This document shows, one piece after another, positions 37,097 through 49,750 of a stretch of 62,000 nucleotides of DNA. The notes beneath the pieces are model-generated. The model was not told the origin of the DNA. It saw only the letters and a list, made by a program, of their open reading frames with translations, and did not search any database. This DNA is from Chiloscyllium plagiosum. Lineage: Eukaryota. Position 1 is the stretch's first letter; the number at the start of each line of letters is the position of its first letter. The position numbers and the translations under genes were made by a program. Location of the stretch: assembly GCF_004010195.1 (NCBI RefSeq), contig NC_057718.1, positions 98,304,518-98,366,517 on the forward strand. Direction: 5' to 3'.

Positions 37097-39433
37097 GTGT
37101 GTATAGTGCAGTGGGGTCACCTGTAGTGTGACATAAGCCCAAGTTCTGGTTGAGGCCATCCCCATGGGTACCAGACTTGGCTATCAACCTCTGCTCGGCC
37201 ACTCTGCGTTATTGTGTATCCCGTAGTCCACCTTGGAGGATAGTCACCCGAATATCCAAGACCAAATATCCCTGACCTCTGTCTGGAAATTATTGTGCGA
37301 TGTCCATTCATATGCTGGCGTAGCGTCTGCTGTGTCTCGCCAATGTACCTTGCCTGCAGAATATGAGATAGACAATGTTGGCCAAGTCACATGAGTACCT
37401 GCCACGTACACGGTGGGTGATGTCCCCACGTGTAATGGTGGTATCCGTGTCGACACTCTGACACGTCTTGCAGTGGTTGCCATGACAGGGTCGTACGGTG
37501 TTATGGTCGATGTTGTCCTGAAGGCTGGACAGTTTGCTGTGAATAATGATCTGTTTAAGGTTTGGTGGTTATGTAAAGGTGAGAAGTGGAGGCATAGGGA
37601 AGGTCTTGGTGAAGTGCTCATCCTCATCAATAATGGGTTGCAGGCTATGAAGACCATGACGCAGTTTCTCCTCTCCTAAGAAGTGCTGGACAACAAAGGG
37701 TACCCTATCGGTTGCATCCAGTGTCTATCTCCTGAGGACGTCATTATGGTTTCTCGCTGTGAACATGTCGAAACTAGCAGTCAATGAGTTCAGCATCATA
37801 CCCTGTTCTTATGAAGGCATCCTTGAGCACCTTCAGGTGTCCATTGCATTCCTCCTCATCTGAACACGCCTCCTGTGTATGTGTAGGGCTTGTCCATGGG
37901 GGAATGGCTGTTTTAATATGTTTAGGGTGGATGCTGGATCATGAGGTACTGAGTGCCCGTCCTTGATGGAGATGCGTGTGACCAAGAATGAGACTGATAC
38001 TAAAGAGTAGTCCATGATAAGTCTGATGGTGGGACAAAACTTGTTGATATCACCGTGCAGTTGTTTTAGTGACTCCTTACCATTGGTCCAGAGGAAGAAA
38101 ATGTTGTCCATATACCTGGTGTATAGTGTTGGTTGAAGTCCTGTGCAGCAATGAAGTCTTGTTCGAACTTGTGCATGAAAATGTTGGCATATTGGGGTGC
38201 AACTTTGGTCCCCATGGCTGTTCTGTGTGTCTGGATGAAGAACTGGTTGTCAAATGTGAAAGCGTTGTGATCGAGGATGAAGTGGATGAGTTGTAGGATG
38301 GTACTTGGAGATTGGCATTTTTTGGTATTTAGTACTGAGGCTGTTGTAGTGATGCTGTCATCATCGGGGATGCTGGTGTAGAGTGCTGAGATGTCCATTG
38401 TGATGAGGAATGTTCCCAGTTTGACTCCACCCACCATGTACATGACAGGTACTCCTGTGACTCAGCCAACATTGTCTATCTCATACGCTTCAGGCAAGGA
38501 TGCCCTGAGGCATGGTACATTGGCAAGACCAAGCAGATGCTACGACAATGAACGAATCAACACCGCGCAACAGTCGCCAGACAGGGGTGTTCCCTCCCAG
38601 TCAGGAAACACATCAGTGGTCAGGGACATTCGCCTCGGTTCTTTGGGTGGCAATCCTCCAAGGTTGACTTTGGGATATGCAATAACGCAGAGTGGTCGAG
38701 CAGAGGCTGAGAGCAAAGTTCGGCTTCAACTGGGACCTTGTGTTCATGTCATACTACAGGTGACCCTACTACACTGTACACTCTCTCATACACACGCACT
38801 CACACATACTCACACACTCACACAGACCCTCTGTCATATACACGGTCTCTTTCATACACACACACATATACCTCCCACACACTCACCCACCCATACACCC
38901 TCTCATAGGCTTATACTCCATTACACTCACACACTTTGTCAAACATGCACACATGCAAAACGTACACTCTTTTACTCACACTCATATGCACATACTCACT
39001 CTCCTCTCTCATGCACGCATACACACAGATAAGTCTATGGGATGAATTTGCATTTGCAGAATTATATTTGCGAATACATTCTATTTTTGCTCAAAAAGCG
39101 CACAATCTGCAGGCAGTCAATCCATGTAATATTTTATAAATTCCTACTTTGGAAATAGAACCAGTCTCCCTCAAGATTGGGATACAGACTCTAACTTCAC
39201 ACCTTTAATACACTGTCTGAACTGAGATGTCATCTTTTCTATAAGACCTTGAGTTATCTCAAGAATGTGACTTGAAAGAAGTTCTGGGATTTATATATCA
39301 GTGAACCAAAACCTGCAACTCATTCTAAAAGTGAAAGACTTAACAGCAATCTAGGTTTGCTCAATATATCATTTCAGCTGCATCACAGTGTGATCTTTTG
39401 CTATAAATTCTGTGTCTTATGATCCTGCTCCCC

Positions 39434-39473
39434 AGCTACCTGATGAAGGAGCAGCGCTCCGAAAGCTAGTGCT
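39434..39473 (+). ncRNA. Minimal hammerhead ribozyme
   Basis: agctac-CTGATGA-A-GGAGC(AGC)GCTCC-GAAA-GC-TA-gtgct; AGCT palindromic stem III; bulged 5-bp stem I possible. Confidence 0.72.
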
Positions 39474-40104
39474 TCCAAACAAACCTGTTGGACTATAACC
39501 TGGTGTTGTGTGATTTTTAACTTTCCCCTAGAGGAGGAATTGCTGAGGGGCCTGTGGTCGAAATTTTCAGCCACTTCCAGCTGCCAATCCAGCACCCATT
39601 CTGGCTGAGAATTCCAGAAACTTCTCCTGGGCTTGAGCAACACATTTGAATTTGCCCCTTAGTGGTCTAATCCCCGCCTCTAGAATTCGACTTCATGTTA
39701 TCCAATTCCCAACTTCAGAGTTGCAATTGGAGTAAAATACAGAAAAACAAATCTTCGTGATCAGTGAATCGGCTAATGAGTGGTTATGTCACCATAGGAT
39801 GCGGTCACAGTGAAAATTAATTGAGAGATAGAGATGAAAACCACACAATCTGACACCCAGGCTCTCATCAGTTATCAAGTGGGAATCTGCCTGATGATAT
39901 CAAAGTGGTGGAACTGGAAGTATTTTACAGGGTCATGGTGATGTGGTTGTTAACGCCAAGAGTAGGTGCCAGAGGATTTCAGGAAAGGCCCGGCCCAGAC
40001 ACCCACACATGACTCAGGCAGAAAGATGCTCCTCAAATCTCTTAACAAAACCTTGATCCACCTGCAATGTGTTCACTACACTGCAATAGTAAAGGTCAAG
40101 TCAC

Positions 40105-40285
40105 CATAGACTTGGTTGGACCATATGGCTGCTGTCTCATCAGTGAGACAGACAACTCACGGTGGTTTAACCTGGGAGTCAACACACCTCAGGCAAGGAA
40201 ATGTAACCTGGCTCATGGTGACCTCAATCAATGCAGGAATTGAACCCACACTGTTGGCATCACACACCATCCATCAGAGCTAATT
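40105..40285 (-). mobile_element. tRNA-derived SINE (family 3; other copies at about 55590-55790 + and 61425-61770 -)
   Basis: Shared motif ggtggtttaacctg..gtcaccacacctcagg and a reverse B-box (gaattgaaccc). Confidence 0.65.
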
Positions 40286-41832
40286 ACAACGGTTACTACA
40301 CTTCAATCAGTAACTAACTGTCCTGGACCTCCCACATAGATGCAACGTCAAGAAGGCATAACAATGTCTCTTCTTCCTCGGACAGCTCAGGAAATTCAGC
40401 ATGTCCACATTGACCCTCACCAACTTCTACGGATGCGTCATAGAAAGCATTCTATCTGGGTGTCATGGTTTGGTACAGCAACATGACTTTTTGCGTGGGA
40501 AATTATGTCTCACAAACTTGATTGAGTTTTTTGAAGAAGTAACAAAGAGGATTGATGAGGGCAGAGTGGTAGATGTGATCTATATGGACTTCAGTAAGGC
40601 ATTTGACAAGGTTCCCCATGGGAGATAGGTTAGATCTCAAGGAATACAGGAAGAACTAGCCATTTGGATACAAAGAAGTAACAAAGAGGATTGATGAGGG
40701 CAGAGTGGTAGATGTGATCTATATGGACTTCAGTAAGGCATTTGACAAGGTTCCCCATGGGAGATAGGTTAGCAAGGTTAGATCTCAAGGAATACAGGAA
40801 GAACTAGCCATTTGGATACAGAACTGGCTCCAAGGAGACAGAGAGTGGTGGTGGAGGGTTGTTTTTCCCTGTGACCAGTGGAGTGCCACAAGGAACAGTG
40901 TGGGATCCACTACTTTTCATCATTTATATAAATGATTTGGATGTGAGCATAAGAGGTATAGTTAGTAAGTTTGCAGATGACACCAAAATTGGAGGTGTAG
41001 TGGACAGCGAAGAAGGTTATCTCAGATTACAACAGGATCAGGATCAGATGGGCTAATGGGCTGAGAAGTAGCAGATGGAATTTAATTTAGATAAATGTGA
41101 GGTGTTGCATATTGGGAAAGCAAATCTTAACAGGACTTAAATACTGAATGGTAAGGTACTAGAGAGTGTTGCTGAACAAAGAGACCTTGGAGTGCAGGTT
41201 CATAGCTCCTAGAAAGTAGAGTTGCAGGTAGATAGGATAGTGAAGAAGGTGTTTGGTATGCTTTCCTTCATTGGTCAGAGTCTTGAGTACAGGAGTTGGA
41301 AGGTCATGTTGCGGCTGTACAGAACATGGTTAGGCCACTTTTGGAATATTGCGTGCATTTCTGGTCTCCTTTCTATCGGAAGGATGTTGTGAAACTTGAA
41401 AGGGTTCAGAAAAGATTGACAAGGACGTTTCAGGGTTGGAAGATATGAGCCATAGGGAGAGGTTGAATAGGCTGGGGCTGTTTTTTCTCCCGCGAGGAGG
41501 TTGAGCAATTCATCAACTTCACCAACACATTCCACCCTGACCTTAAATTTAACTGGACCATCTCTGACACCTCCCTCCCCTTCCTGGACCTCTCCATCTC
41601 TATTAATGACGACCGACTTGACACCGACATTTTTTACAAACCCACCGAATCCCACAGCTACGTGGATTACACCTCTTCCCACCCTACCTCCTGCAAAAAT
41701 GCCATCCCGTATTCCCAATTCCTCCGCCTCCGCCGTATCTGCTCCGAGGAGGACCAGTTCCACCACAGAACACACCAGATGTCCTCCTTCTTTAGAGACT
41801 GCAATTTCTCTTCCCACGTGGTTAAAGATGCC

Positions 41833-42237
41833 NNNNNNNNNNNNNNNNNNNNNNNNNNNNNNNNNNNNNNNNNNNNNNNNNNNNNNNNNNNNNNNNNNNN
41901 NNNNNNNNNNNNNNNNNNNNNNNNNNNNNNNNNNNNNNNNNNNNNNNNNNNNNNNNNNNNNNNNNNNNNNNNNNNNNNNNNNNNNNNNNNNNNNNNNNNN
42001 NNNNNNNNNNNNNNNNNNNNNNNNNNNNNNNNNNNNNNNNNNNNNNNNNNNNNNNNNNNNNNNNNNNNNNNNNNNNNNNNNNNNNNNNNNNNNNNNNNNN
42101 NNNNNNNNNNNNNNNNNNNNNNNNNNNNNNNNNNNNNNNNNNNNNNNNNNNNNNNNNNNNNNNNNNNNNNNNNNNNNNNNNNNNNNNNNNNNNNNNNNNN
42201 NNNNNNNNNNNNNNNNNNNNNNNNNNNNNNNNNNNNN
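41833..42237. other. Assembly gap (405 N)
   Basis: Run of n characters. Confidence 1.
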
Positions 42238-42429
42238 CCAGCTCAGCACTGTCCCCATGACTTGTCCTACCTGCCTATCTTCCTTTCCATCTATCCACTC
42301 CACACTCCTCCCTGACCCATCATCTTCATCCCCACCCCCCACTCACCTATTGTACTCTATGCTACTTTCTCCCCACCCCCACCCTCCTCTCATTTATCTC
42401 TCCACCCTTCAGGCACTCTGCCTGTATTC

Positions 42430-42457
42430 CTGACGAAGGGCTTTTGCCCGAAACGTC
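42430..42457 (+). ncRNA. Minimal hammerhead core
   Basis: CTGACGA-A-GGGC(TTTT)GCCC-GAAA-CG-TC; stem I weakened. Confidence 0.68.
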
Positions 42458-43388
42458 AATTTTACTGCTCCTCAGATACTGCCTGAACTGCTGTGTTTTT
42501 CCAGCACCGTTAATCCAGAATCTGGTTTCCAGCATCTGCAGTCATTGTTTTTACCCTGTTTTCCCCGGAGCAATGGAGGCTGAGGGGATGACCTTATAGA
42601 GGCTTATAAAATCATGAGGGGCTTGTATAGGATAAATATACAAAGTCTCTTCCCTGGGGTGGGGGAGATCAGAACTAGAGGGCATAGATTTAGAGTGAGA
42701 ACGGAAAAGTATAAAAGAGACCTAAGGGGAAATGTTTTCATGCAGAGAGTGGTATGTGTATGGAATGAGCTGCCAGAGGAAGTGGTGGAGGCTAGTACAA
42801 TTGCAACATTTAAAAGACATTTCAATGGGTATATGAATAGGAAGGGTTGGAGGGATATGGGCTGGGTGCTGGCAGGTGGGATTAGACTGGGTTGAGATAT
42901 CTGGTCAGCATGGACGAGTCAGACCGAACGGTCTGTTTCTGTGCTGTACATCTCTATGATTCTATAACTGCTCTGTCCAGGATCGTAAGATTCTACAAAA
43001 AGTTGTGTGCGCAGCCGCGACCAACTTGGAAGCCAACCTCTCAACCTGGGACTCCATTTACACTTCACGTTGCCATGGAAAGGCTGCCAATATCGTCAAA
43101 GACCCTTCCCACCCCAGTAATGCTCTGTTCCAACCTCTTTCATCAGGCAGATGATACAGAAGCTTGAACATATGCACCAACAGATTCAAGAACAGCTTCT
43201 TCCCTGCTGTTATTAGACTGATGAATGGACCTCCCTAAGTCCAAATAATGTTGACCTTGCTTTGTGGACCTCCTGTGCAGTTGCAACCTTATACACCTTG
43301 TGCTGTCTGAGCACTCTATGATCTGTATGTCCTTGTTTGCTACGAACTGCCTACACTGCTCACAAAACAAAACTTCTCACTGTACACG

Positions 43389-44645
43389 ATAGTCAACATG
43401 GCTCTGTGCGTGGGAAATCATGTCTCACAAACTTGATTGAGTTTTTTGAAGAAGTAACTAAGAAGATTGATGAGGTCAGAGCAGTAGATGTGACTTCAGT
43501 AAGGCGTTCGACAAGGTTCCCCATGGGAGACTGATTAGCAAGGTTAGATCTCGTGGAATACAGGGAGAACTAGCCATTTGGATACAGAACTGGCTCAAAG
43601 GTAGAAGATAGAGGGTGGTGGTGGAGGGTCAATTTTCAGACTGGAGGCCTCTGACCAGTGGAGTGCCACAAGGATCAGTGCTGGGCCCTCTACTTTTTGT
43701 CATTTACATAAATGAGAGCATAAGAGGTACAGTTAATAAGTTTGCAGATGACATCAACATTGGAGGTGTAGTGGACAGCGAAGAGGGTTACCTCAGATTA
43801 CAACAGGATCTGGACCAGTTGGGCTAATGGGCTGAGAAATGGCAGATGGAGTTTAATTCAGATAAATGCGAAGTGCTGCATTTTGGGAAAGCAAATCTTA
43901 GCAGGACTTATACACTTAATGGTGAGGTCCTAGGGAGTGTTGCTGAACAAAGAGACCTTGGAGTGCAGGTTCATAGCTCCTTGAAAGTGGAGTCACAGGT
44001 AAATAGGATAGTGAAGAAGGCATTTGGTATGCTTTCCTTTATTGGTCAGAGTATTGAGTACAGTAGTTGGGAGGTCATGTTGTGGCTGTACAGGACATTG
44101 GTTAGGCCACTGTTGGAATATTGTGTGCAATTCTGGTCTCATTCGTATCGGAAAGATGTTGTGAAACTTGAAAGGGTTCAGAAAAGATTTACAAGAATGT
44201 TGCCGGGTTGGAGGATCTGAGCTACAGGGAGAGACTAAACAGGCTGGGTCTGTTTTCCCTGGAGCATTGGAGGCTGAGGGGTGACCTTATAGAGGTTTAC
44301 AAAATTATGAGGGGCATGGATAGGATAAATGGACAAAGTCTTTTGCCTGGGGTCGGGGAGTCCAGAACTAGAGGGCATTGGTTTAGGGTGAGAGGGGAAA
44401 GATATAAAAGAGACCTCAGGGGCAACCTTTTCACACAGAGGGTGGTATGTGTATGGAATGAGCTGCCAGAGGATGTGGTGGAGGCTGGTACAATTGCAAC
44501 ATTTAAGAGGCATTTGGATGGGTATATCAATAGGAAGGGTTTGGAGGGATATGGGCCAGGTGCTGTCAGGTGGGACTAGGTGGAATATCTCGTCGGCATG
44601 GACAGGTTGGACCGAAGGGTCTGTTTCCATGCTGTACATCTCTAT
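43389..44645 (+). mobile_element. CR1 LINE nested in the Rex1 3' UTR
   Basis: Colinear RT C-terminal half (SQHG..GKSCLTNL to RVVCVWNELP) and 3' UTR. Confidence 0.93.
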
Positions 44646-45931
44646 GTGACGATAATAAATCAAATCAAATCAAAACAAACTCATTGACTGGTAAAGCACT
44701 TTGAGGCTGTGATAAATGGTAAATAAATGAAAGCTTTCCTTTTCATTCTATCCTGTTACACTCAGCATGAGTCTCTTTCTCAGTAACTCTTTGGACAGTA
44801 ATATAGACTTGCAGCAAACAGTAAGTTTACCCATGCAAATGTGATTGTGAACTAAGGGTGACACTGTCCATTTGCAAGAACTAATTCTGTTTTGCACCTC
44901 CTTGATGATGTTGTTCATGAATACCAGGAGAGAACAGACGTGAAGCATCCTGCATACTTCAGGAGTAGTGAGTGAAGGCAGAAGAAGAGATTTGGCAGCT
45001 CAGTGACGGTGTGGGTCTGACATGATAAACTGGGGAGCCATCCACCTGGTAAAGGCTTAACATGTAGATTTCCTCTTCCCACACGGAGATTGAGAAGCAT
45101 CTTGAAACGAAGTCCTCTCCATTGAGTTGATTATCCACCCTCTGAATCTGGTTTGGCTTGAGTCGGCATCACAACCTAACATTTGGATTCCACCAACTTT
45201 TAGGAATGATGATGACCAGATAATCCGGGATAAGTTCTGTCCAGGACATAGAGGATAAATCTCTGCGAAATAGGGAATTTTGACGTCCTACCAAACAAGC
45301 AGTTGCTGCCTTGCACTTAACGTCTCATTCAAAGGATGTTACCTCCAAAAGCGCCCATCATAGAAGTGTCGCCCTGCACTCAAGTCAGGCTTTCACGCAG
45401 CATTTTCTAATGTGTGTGTTCCCAACTGAGCCACACCTGGCACTACCTGCCTATTTGGCCTAGATCACTAGCGGGGTATAAATGTTTAATGCAGTGGTGA
45501 CTTTCAAAGCCAAGCTCCTGGCCCTTACCATTGGTATTTGGAAGGATAGCTTGTATTGAAACATACAAGATTCTGAGGGGTCACGATTAAGTTGGATACA
45601 AGGAGAATGCTTCCTCTTTCAGGGAGACTTGAACAAGGGGACACAGATTAAGAATACGTGGTCTCCCTTTTAAAATGTGGGTCAGAAGTATTTTTTTTTC
45701 TCTTGAATGTCGTTAGTCTGTGGAATTCTTATTCCTAAAAGGCAGAAGAGGCTGGTCATCGTTTTTATTCAAGGCTGAGTTAGATTTTTGATAGAGAAAG
45801 AAGTCGAGGGTTACTTAGGGGATTGGAGGGGCATGCGTATTGGATTGATATCAGATCAGCTATGATTTCATTGAATGGCAGGGTCAAATAACCTAATGCT
45901 TCTTCATCCTATATTCCTCTATAAGGAAACA

Positions 45932-46238
45932 GGTGTGGCATGGTGGCTCACAGTGCCATGGACCTGGGTTCGATTCCAGCCTTGAGTGACTGTCTGTATG
46001 GAGTCTGCATATTCTCTCCGTGTCTGCATGGGTTTCCTTCACGTGTTCCGGTTTCTTCCCACAATCCAAAGATGTACAGATTAGGTGAATTCATCATGCT
46101 AAATTGCCCATAGTGTTCATGGATGTGCATTAATCAGGGGTAAATGTAGAAAAGTGGATCTGGGTGAGATACTCTTCAGAGGGTTGGTGTGGATTTGTTG
46201 GGCAAAATGGCCTGTTTCCATACTGTAGGAGTTCTAAT
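45932..46238 (+). mobile_element. HE1-type V-SINE
   Basis: tRNA head, V-domain and tail as in 33674-33979. Confidence 0.88.
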
Positions 46239-46324
46239 TCAGTTATTCAAGAGTGATCAAGAAGGCTAATGGTTTAGCATCCTTTATTACGAGAAGAATT
46301 GAATAAAAAAGGGAATATGCAGAA

Positions 46325-46478
46325 GTGGGTACTGCAGATGCTAGAGATCAGAGTCAAGATTCGAATAGTCCTGGAAAAGCACAGCAGGTCAGGCAGCATC
46401 CAATGAAGGGAAATGTCGATTTTCCTGCTCCTCAGATGCTGCCTGACCTGCTGTTCTTTTCCAGCACCACTCTTGACT
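46325..46478. mobile_element. PLE-derived fold-back inside a decayed CR1
   Basis: ctggaaaagcacagcaggtcaggcagcatc / gatgctgcctgacctgctgttcttttccag. Confidence 0.75.
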
Positions 46479-47874
46479 ATAAAGTGAGTATGTTATGCAT
46501 CTGTTGTATAGGACGTTGGACATCTCAAATACTTTGTGCAGTTTTCCTCCCCTTATTTAAGAAACAATGTCAATACAATGAAGGTGGTTTACTGGATAGA
46601 AACCTGGAATAAGTGGGTTCTCTTTTGAAAATAGTTTGAAATAGTCTTCACTGGTATTTAGAAAAATGAAGAATGACTTGGTTAAAGTATCCTGAATTAC
46701 TAGCTGGACATGGAAAGGATGTTTTGTCTTGCGGGTCAGTCCAGAACTAGTAGATACTGTTTTAAAAGGGATCGCCCTTTTTAGGATAGAAATGAGGGGA
46801 ACCTTCTACTTTTACATGACTTGTGACCTGTGAACTCTCCGCTTTAGAAAGCCATGGAGACAAGGAAACTATGTATTTTTGAAGTGGAGGGAGATAGATT
46901 CCTGTGATCATCACTTTTCGCAGGACCCACTTCCAATAATTTTTGTTTGTCATTTGGGAACGCAAGTAGAGTCTTTCCAAAATTCTCCACTTTATTTCCT
47001 AGGGCTCTCCTAATGCCAGATCAGCTATGATTTCATTGAATGGTGGGGTCAAATGGACTAATGCTTCTCCTGTTAGTGTTAGTTTCCACTTCGTCAGTAG
47101 ATGCCCTGAGGGTCAGCCTTGAACGCCATAGTTAAGCCGGGCTTCCAGGGGCTCATTGAAAATATGAGGGGGGCGGGGGAATGCCATGGGGGAGATTTGT
47201 AAACAACAATGAGAGCTTTAAAAGCAATTCCATCTGGCATTACACAGCCCTCTGATCCTGCATTCAGTATCGGTGAACCGTGAACAATGGTCATAACTAA
47301 TGCTGCATCTACAGGGAGTAAAGGCTGAGTCGATCGCTGCACAGCATGCTTGCAACACCTGATCATGGAGACCTCCAAACATGGCTTGGGTCCCCTCTGC
47401 TCCTGCAAGGGCAACGTTTATCCCTTTGGGAGGCTAGATTTTTAGGACCTTTGGGTGAATAATTTGGGTAAATGGAAAGTAAATCACTCCAGGGTATAAG
47501 TGTCTTAAGTTTATTTCTGGGAACACTTCCAATTTTGGGCAGTAGGGTGGTAACGGGACCTCTGGACTTCAGTCCAATGAATGAACAATCGGCAGGTCAG
47601 TGAGGGAGTTGGTTTGTGTTTGAACAGCCATGCACCCAGACACGTGGGCAAGATTTCCAAGGAGTCAGGAAGACTCTGTGAAGATGGCAAAATGGTGGCC
47701 TGGACCCAATTCTGGGATTCCCAAACCCACTCCCAGAACCCTCTGTTTTCAGCAGGATGGGTCGAGAGTGCGGGCTGCTGCAAATTGTAAACACACATTC
47801 AGCATTCCCGACCTGACCAGCTGCATAGCGGACAGAGGCGACTAGTCCCCTGACATTGTCAGGGAGTTAGGCCA

Positions 47875-48920
47875 TATGTTAAAGGTAAAAGAGTAGGAAT
47901 AAATGGGTCATTTTCAGAGAAGCAGCCTTGACTAGTAGGCTACTGCCAGATCAGTGTTTAAACCCCAGCTATTCTCAACATATTTTAAGGGTATAGATGA
48001 GAGAACTAAACGTAATATCTCCAGGTTTGCACATGATACAAAGCTGGGTGGGAGGGTGAACTGTGAGGAGGATACAGAGATGCTTCATTGTGATTTGGAC
48101 AAGTTGAGTGAGTAGGCAAATGTGTGGAGCCTAATGTGGATAAACGTGAGGTTGAAAACAGGAAGGCAGATTGTTTTCTGAATGCCATAGATTGGAACAG
48201 ACAAGGTGCAACAAGACGTGGATGTTCTGGTATATCAGTCGCTGAAAATAAACATGCAGGTGCAGCAGGCAGTGAAGAAATCAAATAGTATGTTGGCTTT
48301 CATAGAGAGAGGGTTCGAGTACAGGAGCAGGGATACTTGCTGCAGTTGTACAGGACCCTGGTGAAACCAAACCTGGAGTATTGTGTGCACTTCTGGTCTC
48401 TTTATCTGAGGAAGGATATTCTGTCCATGGAAGGAGTTCAACAAGAGTTTACCAGACTGATCCTTGCGATGGCAGGACAGGTATGAAGAGATACTTGGTC
48501 AGTTAGGATTATATTCACTGGAGTTTAGAAGAATGAGGGGGAATCTCATAGAAGCCTATAACATTCTAACAGGACCAGACAAGTTGAATGTAAGAAGGAT
48601 GCTCCCATTGACCAGGGAGTTCCGAACCAGGGGTCACAGTCTAGGAATATGGGGTGGGCCGTTTAGGACTGAGATGAGGAGAAATTTCTTCATTTGTAAG
48701 TGGCGAGCCTATGGAATTCTCTCACACAGAAAGTGGTTAAGGGCAAAACAATAAACTTTTCAGGAAGGAATTAGATATAGTTCTTCAGGCTAAAGGGATC
48801 AAAGGATATGGAGACAGTGCAGAAACAGGAGTTGGATGATCAGTCATGGTCATATTGAATGACGGAGCAGGCTCGAGGGGCTGAATGGCCTACTCTTGAT
48901 GCTATTTGCTGTGTTTCTGT
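47875..48920 (+). mobile_element. Older CR1 LINE fragment
   Basis: FAHDTKLGG, LYSLEFRRMRGNLIEAY, FRTEMRRNFF; CR1 3' UTR. Confidence 0.85.
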
Positions 48921-49355
48921 AACCGTGGTTCAGGGAACCCCAGAGGGACTAGATGGTTGACACTTTTATAGAGCAATATTTATCAAAAATCGAGGAAGTA
49001 GAAAGTTAATCATTAATTTCACATCTTAATGTTCCTTCAATGTTTATTGATTCTGCTGTGAAGTTGATGAATGGGCATTGAGAGGTGACAGCTTGAAATG
49101 AAGGTGTGAAGAAAGCTTAAGATATATATTTGTTACAACTTGGGTTCTAAAGCAGAGGTGAAAGGGTTTTTCTTTCATTCCTTTGCACCCACCTCACAGT
49201 ATTGAGATGAAGGCACTCTGCCAAATCCAAGTTTTCATCACCCACTCCCTTCAGCTTCAGGAAGCAGCAACTCTTTCATCACTGGATGTTGTACTGTAGG
49301 ATCTGACTCTGAAGGGTGTTACTACTTTTACTGTTATGTATAAAGGCAGCGATTA

Positions 49356-49750
49356 GAGAGTCATTGAGACTTATAGCAAGAAACAGACCCTTTGTCCCAA
49401 TACATCCACGCCAATCAGGTAGCCACACTTAATCTAGTCCCATTTGCCAGGATTTGGCCCATATTCCTCTGAACCCTTCCTATTCATATACCTTTTAAAT
49501 GTTGCAATTGTATCAGCTTCCACCACCACCTCTTGCAGCTCATTCCATACACAAACCACTCTCTGCGTGAAAAGGTTGCCCCTTAGGTCCCCTTTAAATC
49601 TTTCTCCTCTCACCTTAAACCTACGCCCTCTAGTTTTGAACAACCCCCCCCCCCCCCCCACCTTGGGGAGAAGACCTTGACTGTTCACCTTATCCATGCC
49701 CATCGTGATTTTATAAACCTCTGTAAGATCAGCCCTCAGCCTCCTCCAGC
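49356..49750 (-). mobile_element. CR1 LINE 3' end
   Basis: RRLRADLTEVYKI...FTQRVVCVWNEL. Confidence 0.88.

Larger units (their letters stand above)
36486..39524 (-). mobile_element. Penelope-like element: minus-strand RT and GIY-YIG (36486-38427) plus an inverted 3' copy (38428-39524)
   Basis: RT motifs FLITMDISALYTSIP, HNAFTFDNQFFIQT..TAMGTK.APQYANIFM and degenerate YIDD (MDNIFFLW); GIY-YIG region (YIGET); CA-rich UTR; hammerhead core in both termini. Frameshifted and non-coding. Confidence 0.92.
41485..42555 (+). mobile_element. Penelope-like element nested in CR1 (spans the assembly gap)
   Basis: PFLDL..TDIFYKPT.SHSYVDYTSSHPTSCKNAIPYSQFLRLRRICS; terminal repeat with hammerhead; ctgtttt on both sides (41478, 42556). 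Confidence 0.88.
40478..42965 (+). mobile_element. CR1 LINE nested in Rex1, itself interrupted by a PLE
   Basis: CLTNLIEFFEEVT, YMDFSKAFDKVPH, GVPQG and KFADDTKIGG motifs; 3' end at 42556-42965. Confidence 0.92.
40320..44673 (+). mobile_element. Rex1/Babar LINE split into three pieces (40320-40482, 42966-43388, 44644-44673)
   Basis: LTNFYGCVIESILSGC..WY breaks at cagcaac and resumes at aactgctctgtccaggat; FKNSFFPAVIRLMN; the UTR breaks at ctgtacac and resumes at atgtgacgataataaatcaaatcaaatc. Confidence 0.85.

Noticed and set aside
36890..37105. (GT)/(GA) microsatellite-like tract as an independent feature
   Set aside because: It is part of the PLE 3' UTR and is mirrored at about 38775-39030.
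41275..42433. ORFs of 217-355 aa
   Set aside because: They span the 405-N gap; the real parts are PLE sequence.
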